The notes under the pieces are model-generated. The model was given only the letters and a program-made list of their open reading frames with translations, did not search any database and had not been told where the DNA came from. A DNA stretch of 21,657 nucleotides from Promethearchaeota archaeon Loki_b32. Its GTDB lineage: Archaea > Asgardarchaeota > Lokiarchaeia > Sigyniarchaeales > SOKP01. Positions 7,027 to 15,374 of the stretch are shown here, piece after piece. The translations under genes and the position numbers were made by a program. The stretch spans positions 1 through 21,657 of the forward strand of contig NJBH01000048.1 in assembly GCA_005223125.1 (NCBI GenBank). Direction: 5' to 3'. Each line of letters opens with the position of its first letter. Position 1 is the first letter of the stretch.

Positions 7027-8367
7027 TTGGATTTTATTCCTCATAATGATAAAACGATTGCAGAAATGTTGGATGTTATTGGTGTAAAATCTTTACAAGA
7101 ACTATTTCAAGACATTCCTAAAGATTTAATAATAGAAAAACTTAATTTACCTTCAGGTTTATCTGAACCAGATCTCTTAAAACAATTTGAGAAGATTACT
7201 CAAAAGAATAAAGTATATTCGAGTTCTTTCTTAGGAGGAGGATGTTACAATCATTATATTCCATCTTTAGTTGATTTTGTAACCTCGAGATCTGAGTTTT
7301 ACACTTCCTATACACCCTATCAAGCTGAGGCAAGCCAAGGTTACTTACAAGCTATTTATGAATATCAGACAATAATTTCTCGACTCACTCAAATGGATGT
7401 TGCCAACGCTAGCATGTACGACGGGTCAACTGCTCTTGCTGAAGCGGCTATTATGTCAACAATTATTACACGTAAAGATACTATCATATTGTTCAAGGGG
7501 ATTCACCCAGAATATGAAGAAGTTGTTAAAACTTATTGTTGGGGGCAAAATATCAATATTGTATATGCAAGTGAAGATAATTTAATTGAGAAATTAAATG
7601 GTAATGTGGCAGCATTATTATTTCAAAGTCCAAATTTTTTTGGTGATATTGAAGATATCTCCAAATTCGCCAAAAATATAAGAGAAATTGCCCCTAATTG
7701 TTTAATTATTCAAGCAATGACCGATCCAACTTGTTTAGGTATTTTAAATCCACCAGGGTTAACTGATATAGATATTTTTGTCGCTGAAGGACAATCTTTT
7801 GGTTTGGGTCTCTCTTTTGGTGGACCTGGGTTAGGAATCTTTACTGCAAAACAGAAATACTTAAGGAAGATGCCAGGAAGACTGATTGGAAAAACAACAG
7901 AAATAAATGGAGAAAAAACGGGATTTATTTTAACTCTGCAAGCACGAGAACAGCATATACGAAGAGAAAAAGCTAGTTCAAATATTTGTACTAATCAAGC
8001 ATTATGCGCGTTGGCAACATTAACATATCTTTTAGCTTTGGGAAGAACTGGTTTAAAAGAAGTTGCCACTCAAAATATTCAAAAAGCTCATTACGTAAAA
8101 AAAGAATTAAGTAAGATTCCCGGTTACGAAATATTAAATAAGAAACCAACGTACAATGAGTTTTTAGTCAAATGTCCAAATATTGATTCTTTAATTAACC
8201 TATGCAAACAACGAGATCTTCAACCTCCTCTAAAAATCTCAAGTTATTATCCTGAAATGAAAGATATTGCATTAGTTTGTGTAACTGAAATGAACTCCAA
8301 AAATTCGATTGATACCTTTCTTGAAATAGCGCGTATAGTATCAAATAATAAAACGGAGGGAGAATAA
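7027..8367 (+). CDS. gcvPA: Glycine dehydrogenase (decarboxylating) subunit 1
   Basis: Motifs FLGGGCYNH, TSYTPYQAEASQG, NASMYDG, FGGP and LQAREQHIRREKASSNICTNQ. TTG start. Confidence 0.96.
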   Translation: MDFIPHNDKTIAEMLDVIGVKSLQELFQDIPKDLIIEKLNLPSGLSEPDLLKQFEKITQKNKVYSSSFLGGGCYNHYIPSLVDFVTSRSEFYTSYTPYQAEASQGYLQAIYEYQTIISRLTQMDVANASMYDGSTALAEAAIMSTIITRKDTIILFKGIHPEYEEVVKTYCWGQNINIVYASEDNLIEKLNGNVAALLFQSPNFFGDIEDISKFAKNIREIAPNCLIIQAMTDPTCLGILNPPGLTDIDIFVAEGQSFGLGLSFGGPGLGIFTAKQKYLRKMPGRLIGKTTEINGEKTGFILTLQAREQHIRREKASSNICTNQALCALATLTYLLALGRTGLKEVATQNIQKAHYVKKELSKIPGYEILNKKPTYNEFLVKCPNIDSLINLCKQRDLQPPLKISSYYPEMKDIALVCVTEMNSKNSIDTFLEIARIVSNNKTEGE

Positions 8368-8369
8368 TA

Positions 8370-9806
8370 GTGATTTCTAATATTCAATTGATTTTTGATA
8401 AAGAAAACGAAGGTAATCAACAAAATTTCGTTCCTAAAATGGATATAGATCAAACGGAACTTGATGAAATCTTACAAGCAAGTTTGCTAAGAAAGGATTT
8501 GCCGATTCCAAATATTCCAGAAATAAATATAGTTCGCCATTTCATTAGATTAAGTAATAAAAATTATGGAGTTGATACGGGAATTTATCCATTAGGTTCT
8601 TGTACCATGAAATATAACCCAAAAGTAAATGAAACAATTGTAAAATTACCTGGCTTTACACGTATTCATCCATTACAAGAAGAAAATCAAGGTTGTCTTG
8701 GATTACTTTATCATATTTCAAAACAATTAGGAGAAATAACTGGTATGGATGGATTTACCTTACAACCTGCAGCTGGAGCTCACGGAGAATTAGTAGGTTT
8801 ATTAATAATAAAAAAGTATTTCGAGAGTAAAGGAATTAAAAAACAGAAAATTATTGTTCCAGATTCTGCGCATGGAACTAATCCCGCATCAGCGAAAATG
8901 GCAGGATTTTCAATTATTGAGTTAATATCAAATGAATTTGGAGAGATTCCCTTAGATCAATTAGAATTTGCAATGCAAGATGGTGATGTTGCTGGAATTA
9001 TGCTCACTAATCCTAATACTTTAGGAGTTTTTGACAGACAGATAAAGGAGATTACACGTATTGTACATGAAAATGGGGGATTATGTTATTATGATGGAGC
9101 CAATTTGAATCCGATGTTAGGGATATGTCGTCCCCGAGATATGGGATTTGACATTGTTCACTTAAATTTACATAAAACTTTTTCTACTCCTCACGGAGGA
9201 GGTGGACCTGGCTCAGGACCTATAGGAGTAGTAAAAGAATTAATTCCATTTCTCCCAATACCATGTTTAATCTCAACTGAAAATGGCATTGTGTGTAGAG
9301 AAATTGATAATAAATCTATTGGAAGAATAAAAGCTTTCTGGGGGAATTTTGGAGTGATCGTTAGAGCATATGCCTATATTTTGGCGTTAGGCTCTGAAGG
9401 GTTAAAAAAAGTTGGTCAGATAGCTGTTTTAAATGCTAATTATTTAAGAATTTTATTACAACAAAAATATATACTTCCTTACAATCGAATCTGTCAACAT
9501 GAGTTTGTGCTCTCAGATCAAGGAATCCCTAATGATATTACAACCGAAGATATTGCAAAACGTATTCTTGATTATGGAATATACGCACCAACTATTTATT
9601 TTCCATTAATAGTTCCTGGGGCTTTGATGATAGAACCTACAGAAACCGAATCAAAACAATCGTTAGATTATTTTATTGAAGTAATGAATAAAATTTATGA
9701 AGAAACTAAGCAAAATCCCGAACTTTTGAAAAATGCCCCTCAAAATATGCCTGTTAAACGCTTAGATGCGGTTCTTGCCGCAAGAAAACCCATTCTTCAT
9801 GATTAA
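8370..9806 (+). CDS. gcvPB: Glycine dehydrogenase (decarboxylating) subunit 2
   Basis: Motifs PLGSCTMKYN, QPAAGAHGE, SAHGTNPASA, YYDGAN, PLP-Lys motif HLNLHKTFSTPHGGGGPG, and MIEPTETE. Confidence 0.96.
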   Translation: MISNIQLIFDKENEGNQQNFVPKMDIDQTELDEILQASLLRKDLPIPNIPEINIVRHFIRLSNKNYGVDTGIYPLGSCTMKYNPKVNETIVKLPGFTRIHPLQEENQGCLGLLYHISKQLGEITGMDGFTLQPAAGAHGELVGLLIIKKYFESKGIKKQKIIVPDSAHGTNPASAKMAGFSIIELISNEFGEIPLDQLEFAMQDGDVAGIMLTNPNTLGVFDRQIKEITRIVHENGGLCYYDGANLNPMLGICRPRDMGFDIVHLNLHKTFSTPHGGGGPGSGPIGVVKELIPFLPIPCLISTENGIVCREIDNKSIGRIKAFWGNFGVIVRAYAYILALGSEGLKKVGQIAVLNANYLRILLQQKYILPYNRICQHEFVLSDQGIPNDITTEDIAKRILDYGIYAPTIYFPLIVPGALMIEPTETESKQSLDYFIEVMNKIYEETKQNPELLKNAPQNMPVKRLDAVLAARKPILHD

Positions 9807-9826
9807 CAGTTCATTTTAAATTAGTT

Positions 9827-10660
9827 CTAATCAGTCCAAAAGTTTTGCGCTAAGCTTCTTCTCTTTTTCCAAAGTTCGTTTTTTTGAGAAAAACCCATGA
9901 CTCCAGCACCTCGATCAGCATCCTTTATTTTCCACATTCCACTGACTGCCCCTGTTAACGCACCTGATAAGACTTCAAAACCCTGCGCTGTATAAAGATC
10001 GCACTCTACACCTTTATTTATTATAAATTTAAGTTGTCTCATACCTTGCTGATTTTTGGATTTGAGTACCTCGAGTAATTTCTCAACCTCATTATCGAGT
10101 TGATCATTAGGAACTACGCGATTCCATAAATTCCATTCTACTGCTCGTTGGGCTATGTGAAGGGCGCCTATTAAATTGATTTCCTTTGCTCGACGTCTTC
10201 CAATAAGGCGAGATAATCTAGTTGTTCCACCCCATCCCGGGGTTATTCCTACATCTACTTCTGGCATTCCCCACTTTGCTCTCTCTGTTGCAATGACAAA
10301 ATCACACACCATTGTTATCTCTAATCCGCCTCCGACTGCAAAACCATCTACTGCAGCAATAGTAATTTTATCTAACTCTTCAATTTGATTTGCCATATTT
10401 TGATAGTATCTTACACGTCGAGTTATTCCATTCGCGTCGCCCCATTTTAACATTTCGGTAATATCATCACCTACACTAAAATTGTTTCCAGCGCCCTTAA
10501 TTACTAAAAATTTTAGCTTAGTAGATCGGCGAACCAATTCTATGGCGCTTACTATTTCATCAGATAGTTGCATACTTAAAGCATTTAAAACTTTTGCCCG
10601 ATTTAGTGTGATTCTCGCTACTTGATTTTTCTCTTCATAAATTAATTGTTCAAATTTCAT
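9827..10660 (-). CDS. Enoyl-CoA hydratase/isomerase (crotonase) family protein
   Basis: Motifs ITLNRAKVLNALS, FSVGDDI, AAVDGFAVGGGLE and GMPEVDVGITPGWGGT. Both catalytic Glu positions are present. Confidence 0.93.
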   Translation of the reverse strand: MKFEQLIYEEKNQVARITLNRAKVLNALSMQLSDEIVSAIELVRRSTKLKFLVIKGAGNNFSVGDDITEMLKWGDANGITRRVRYYQNMANQIEELDKITIAAVDGFAVGGGLEITMVCDFVIATERAKWGMPEVDVGITPGWGGTTRLSRLIGRRRAKEINLIGALHIAQRAVEWNLWNRVVPNDQLDNEVEKLLEVLKSKNQQGMRQLKFIINKGVECDLYTAQGFEVLSGALTGAVSGMWKIKDADRGAGVMGFSQKNELWKKRRSLAQNFWTD

Positions 10661-10851
10661 AATAGTTAATTGACCAAGTATCTATATTAATCTTGTTTTA
10701 AAATAATTTTAATTATGAAAATAATGAGTAAATTTTTATTATATTACAATTTTAACCATGTTTGCTTTGGAATAAATAAATTTTTATAGTCTATGGTAAT
10801 ATAAGTTCTAAAGTAGTATAAGATACATAATTCAAAATTTGGTGTACAAAA

Positions 10852-12819
10852 ATAGATTATTTATCTTTTTTTCCTTACGAGCAATTCAGAGAAAATCAAG
10901 AAAAAATTACTAATCAGATTGAAGTAAGTTCAAGATCAAAAAAGATAACCCTATTATCAGCTCCTAATGGAGCAGGAAAGACTATAATTGCTTTATGTGG
11001 GCTTTTACCTTTAGCATATGAGAAAGATCTAAAAATTATTTATATGTGCAGAACACATTCTCAAAATCGTAGAATAATCAAAGAGTTAATTAAAATCTCA
11101 CAAAAAACCCTTGATGACAAACTTGGAATTAAACTTAACGGTCTTTCAATAAGAGGGAGAAATGAAATGTGCCTAAATAAAACTTTATTATCTCTTAAAT
11201 TAAATCCAAGGGACGCAATGTCTGTTTGTGGAGATTTAAGAAAGAATAGAAGTTGTTTATATTTTTTAAAATTATTAAAAAAGAAGGGACAAAATGAAAA
11301 TCCAATATCAATCGCACCAGAATTATTTAATAAACCTGTTGATGCAGAAGAACTAATAAATTTCTGTAAGGAAAAAAAATTTTGTCCATATTTCTTAAGT
11401 AAATTCTTACTTGAACATATGAAAGTAATTATCTGCAATTACCAGTGGATTTTCAATCCATTCATTCGAGATTCTTTTTTAGAATTTATTGGTCAAGAGC
11501 TTCAAAACTGTATATTAGTATTGGATGAGTGTCATAATATAATTGATGTCGCAACAGATGTAAATTCAAAAAAAATCACACCATATTTATTAAGACTTTG
11601 CTTAAAAGACTTAGAAATGTATAGATCCCATATCTTAATGCAGAGTTTTGTTAAAATATTATTAGACCTATTAAACGAGAATAAAAATAATCTAAGAATT
11701 GAAGAAAAAGCGGTAGTGCCAGATAAAATTTTAAAAATTATTCATAAAAGACTTGGCTTTCATGACTTAAATGGATTTAAGAACTTTATTGAAGAACTTC
11801 ACGATTTCAGTGTGTCGATTCATGAGGAGAAACTCGCTAATGGAGAAATTTCAAGAGACTATGTTGGATCTTTAGCAGAATTTTGGTTGAAATGGCTGAA
11901 GACATACACTTTAGATAACTATTTCTTTTGCTACAATCTGAAAGTAATTAAAGGAAAACGATCAATATCACTTGAAATAGTTGCATTAGATCCAAGAGAA
12001 ATTTCTATTCCTATCTTAAAAAAAAGTTATACATGTTTAAATCTCTCTGGTACTGTAAACCCTTATGTATTCAATAATTTAATGGGATTAAATGAATGTG
12101 GAAAGAGTTATAAAGGTATTATAGCAGATTCACCATTTAATCATAATAATATCAAGGCTGTTATCACTGAAGGAGTAAATACTAAAAGGGTTAATAGAAC
12201 ATCCAATATGTTCAAAAAAATGATTGGGAAAATTAGTGAAGTTTTACAATGTACTCCCGCAAATGTAGGAATTTTTTGCGCATCATATCAAATTCTTAAT
12301 GCTCTCGTTGAGAATGATATAGAATCTGTAGTATTAAATAATCATAAAAAAATGTTTGTTGAAGAACCTGGGCTATCCGCCTCTGAAAATGCTGCCTTAG
12401 TAGATGATTTCAAAAGTATGGCTTCAAATGGTGGAGCTGTTTTATTGGGCGTATGTGGAGGAAGAAATTCAGAAGGAGAAGATTACCCCGGCGGTTTCAT
12501 GAATTCTGTTATAATTGCTGGATTTCCGTATCATCTCCCAACTCCTAGAGTTGAAGCGAAAATCGCTTATTATAATAAAGTGTTTAAAAGACAAGGTTGG
12601 AATTTTGCTTACCTTTATCCAGCAGTACAAAGGGCTAACCAAGCTTCTGGAAGGCCTATAAGAAAACTCTCTGATAAAGGAGCAATAATTTTTATGGATG
12701 ACCGTTTTAAAGCAAAATATAAATGGATATCAGATTGGATAAGAAAAGAGTTAAAATTAATACCTGATATCCCTAATGCAATAATTAAAAATCTCTACCC
12801 TTTTTGGTTTAAGAAGTAA
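10852..12819 (+). CDS. XPD/Rad3-family Fe-S DNA helicase (SF2); true start upstream of the ORF-track call at 11044
   Basis: The same frame upstream of 11044 encodes FPYEQFRENQ (Q motif) and SAPNGAGKT (Walker A). Downstream are RTHSQ, four Fe-S Cys including CPYF, DECH, SGT, GRNSEGED, QASGRPIR and DDRF. The start is placed tentatively at ATA 10852. Confidence 0.9.
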   Translation: MDYLSFFPYEQFRENQEKITNQIEVSSRSKKITLLSAPNGAGKTIIALCGLLPLAYEKDLKIIYMCRTHSQNRRIIKELIKISQKTLDDKLGIKLNGLSIRGRNEMCLNKTLLSLKLNPRDAMSVCGDLRKNRSCLYFLKLLKKKGQNENPISIAPELFNKPVDAEELINFCKEKKFCPYFLSKFLLEHMKVIICNYQWIFNPFIRDSFLEFIGQELQNCILVLDECHNIIDVATDVNSKKITPYLLRLCLKDLEMYRSHILMQSFVKILLDLLNENKNNLRIEEKAVVPDKILKIIHKRLGFHDLNGFKNFIEELHDFSVSIHEEKLANGEISRDYVGSLAEFWLKWLKTYTLDNYFFCYNLKVIKGKRSISLEIVALDPREISIPILKKSYTCLNLSGTVNPYVFNNLMGLNECGKSYKGIIADSPFNHNNIKAVITEGVNTKRVNRTSNMFKKMIGKISEVLQCTPANVGIFCASYQILNALVENDIESVVLNNHKKMFVEEPGLSASENAALVDDFKSMASNGGAVLLGVCGGRNSEGEDYPGGFMNSVIIAGFPYHLPTPRVEAKIAYYNKVFKRQGWNFAYLYPAVQRANQASGRPIRKLSDKGAIIFMDDRFKAKYKWISDWIRKELKLIPDIPNAIIKNLYPFWFKK

Positions 12820-12823
12820 CTTT

Positions 12824-13996
12824 TTAATTTGGTTTAAATTTCCAAAAAATTATAAAAGTAGAAATTGCTGGAAATATAATCATAAAATACATGACAATAT
12901 AATAATCTGAATTAAAAACTGATAATAACAAACTGAATAATAACCCTCCCATAAAGCTTCCTGAAAAGACACTAGTGTTAGCAAAGCCCATATATTGTCC
13001 CTTATTTTTAGGGGTAGTTTTCTGAGCGATATATATGGTAGTAGCTGACCAATGCATAGAATAGCTAAAAGAAACTAAAAATTGGAAAAATAAATAACTC
13101 CAGAAATTAGTTGAAATAATGTATCCGAAAATAGTAATTGAGCTTAATATATAACCAATTATCATGAAAGATTTAATATTTTTAACGCTGATTACCCTTC
13201 CTATTACTAACATCTGAAAAAATTGTAATAAAAAGTTGATACCAATCAGAAATCCAATCTTGGTATCATTTCCTAAATGAAGACTCATGATTATTGCAAG
13301 GATTGGCATAATTGGTTTGATACTAAAATTTCTAAAAAATAAGCCATAATAGATCGACTGAGATATTGAAGTTCCTTCTTCAATATTATTTAAAAAAATA
13401 TGATTAGGTTTTTTGTCTACATCTTTATTATACCTTTCTAAGATTAAAGACCTCTTTTCCTTTATGAAAACAACGAAAAAAATGTTTGGCAAAGAAATTA
13501 GAAATATAAATAGAAAAATTTTCTCGATTCCATAAATATCAATAAAAATACCACCAGATTGGGCTCCTGCAAACCACCCCGCTACAACTATAGCGTTAAA
13601 GTAAGAAATTAGTGTTTTATCATCTTCTACTAATTCTGCAAATAAAGTCATTAATAGGTTAGATGATGCCATAAAAAAACCAAAAAAAAATAACAATATG
13701 ATTATTAATATCAAATTCTGAGTTAGACTTAAAAAAAAATAAGCGAAGGTAATACCAAGCGTTCCAAATAAAATGAATATAATCCTATTTTGCATCTTAT
13801 CTGAAAAAAAACCATATAAGGGGGGGAAAATAAAAGCGGTTAATGGAAAAATTGTAATTATAAGCTGCATTACTGGTCTTTCTATACCTAAAAATAATAA
13901 GTATTTAGGTATATAAGTGTAAACTATAATTCCAGCAGTATTAATTATAAAAATAGAAAATAAAATTAGAATGATTGATTTTTTTGATAAGATCAA
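12824..13996 (-). CDS. MFS transporter (paralog 2)
   Basis: 390 aa, about 12 TM in two bundles of six, motif-A-like GFFSDKMQNR. TTG start with AAGGGG upstream. Confidence 0.9.
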   Translation of the reverse strand: MILSKKSIILILFSIFIINTAGIIVYTYIPKYLLFLGIERPVMQLIITIFPLTAFIFPPLYGFFSDKMQNRIIFILFGTLGITFAYFFLSLTQNLILIIILLFFFGFFMASSNLLMTLFAELVEDDKTLISYFNAIVVAGWFAGAQSGGIFIDIYGIEKIFLFIFLISLPNIFFVVFIKEKRSLILERYNKDVDKKPNHIFLNNIEEGTSISQSIYYGLFFRNFSIKPIMPILAIIMSLHLGNDTKIGFLIGINFLLQFFQMLVIGRVISVKNIKSFMIIGYILSSITIFGYIISTNFWSYLFFQFLVSFSYSMHWSATTIYIAQKTTPKNKGQYMGFANTSVFSGSFMGGLLFSLLLSVFNSDYYIVMYFMIIFPAISTFIIFWKFKPN

Positions 13997-14112
13997 GTTT
14001 TATTCCCCTTTTAGAAATATATTAAACTATCTAACAATAATTACTTTTTTAAATAATTTATGAATTAAAAGCCTTTTTTGTAGAGGTAAAGTAAATTTTC
14101 CTTGAAATAAAA

Positions 14113-15285
14113 TCAATTATTTTTAAATTTTATTGCTATAATTAAAGTAGAAACAATCGGAAAAATAATCATAAATGACATAGAAATATAATAATTAGAA
14201 TGGAAAACTGTTAATAATAGGCTGAAAAATAGACCTCCTATTGTTGTACCCACGAAAACACTAGTGGTTGCGTATCCCATCAAGCGCCCTTTATTAATTG
14301 ATGTTGAGTTTTGAGCAATATATACAATCGTGGCCATCCAAAACATTGAATAACTTAAAGAGACTATAACTTGGAAAATTAGAAAACCCCAAAAATCAAC
14401 AGATATAATATACCCTAAAATAACTATAACAGATAAACAGTATCCTAAAATCATAAAAGCCTTAATATTTTTCTTGTTTAATATCCTTCCTAAAAATATC
14501 ATTATAAAAAATTGAAATAAAGGATTTATCCCTACTAACAACGCAATTTCAGTATGGCTAGATATGTAGAACCCCATAATAATTACAAGAATATTCAAAA
14601 TTGGTATAATACCAAAATTCCTAAAAAGAAGGCTATAATAAATTGATTTAGAGATATTGTTATCTTCTTCGAGATTATTATCAATCACTTTTTTTTCAAT
14701 ATATTCTGGTACTTTTTTATTATAATCTAATATTAATTGTCTATTTTCTCTAATGAACACAATAAAAATTATACTCAACATGAAAGTAATTAGTATAAAG
14801 AGGAATAAGTTTTCAACCCTAAAGATATCTATCATCATACCACCTATTAGAACACCAATGAAACTTCCAATTGAACAAATTGAGTTATAATAAGATATCC
14901 ATTTTTGGTCATTTTGTACTAATTCACTATAAAGAGTAAGAATAATAGTCAAAGATGAAGTAAAAAAGCCAAAAATAAATACTAGTATATTTAATATTAT
15001 AAAATTGCTTGTAAAAAGAAGGAAAACTAAAGTAATAAGAATTCCGACAGATCCAATAAAAATAAAATAAATTCTATTCTGGAGTTTATCTGAATACCTA
15101 CCTAATAAAGGTGGAAAAATAAAAAATGTAGACATTGCAAAAGTTATCGTTAATGTTACTATTGGTATGGGCACCCCTAAAAAATATAAATATGACGGTA
15201 AATAAGTATACAACATCATAATAGAGAGATAAATGAAGAAGACAGTTCCTAAAATGAAAGCTACAGATTTTTTTGATATTATCAA
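14113..15285 (-). CDS. MFS transporter (paralog 1)
   Basis: 390 aa, about 12 TM, GRYSDKLQNR, collinear with the neighbouring MFS. TTG start with GGAG upstream. Confidence 0.9.
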   Translation of the reverse strand: MIISKKSVAFILGTVFFIYLSIMMLYTYLPSYLYFLGVPIPIVTLTITFAMSTFFIFPPLLGRYSDKLQNRIYFIFIGSVGILITLVFLLFTSNFIILNILVFIFGFFTSSLTIILTLYSELVQNDQKWISYYNSICSIGSFIGVLIGGMMIDIFRVENLFLFILITFMLSIIFIVFIRENRQLILDYNKKVPEYIEKKVIDNNLEEDNNISKSIYYSLLFRNFGIIPILNILVIIMGFYISSHTEIALLVGINPLFQFFIMIFLGRILNKKNIKAFMILGYCLSVIVILGYIISVDFWGFLIFQVIVSLSYSMFWMATIVYIAQNSTSINKGRLMGYATTSVFVGTTIGGLFFSLLLTVFHSNYYISMSFMIIFPIVSTLIIAIKFKNN

Positions 15286-15362
15286 TTGCTCTTCTCCATA
15301 CTATAATATAGTGTTAAGACTGAAATTAAAATAAGAATAACAGATCTTTTAGAAATCATCAA
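15282..15362 (-). other. 26-aa mini-ORF homologous to the MFS N-terminus (truncated third paralog or coupled leader peptide)
   Basis: TTG-ATG start 8 nt after GGAG (15371-15374). Translates MMISKRSVILILISVLTLYYSMEKSN. Its TGA (15284-15282) overlaps the MFS TTG start (15285-15283). Confidence 0.7.
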
Positions 15363-15374
15363 TTAATTAACTCC

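Noticed and set aside
7397-8453. ORFs 7397..7585 (+) and 8247..8453 (-)
   Set aside because: Alternate-frame or antisense ORFs within gcvPA/gcvPB.
10739-10804. 9-bp inverted repeat TTATATTAC...GTAATATAA and a 24-codon ORF in the crotonase-helicase gap
   Set aside because: Almost all A/T and plausible by chance. No target-site duplication or other support for a MITE or gene.
10176-11438. ORFs 10176..10388 (+) and 11061..11438 (-)
   Set aside because: Antisense shadows of the crotonase and helicase genes.
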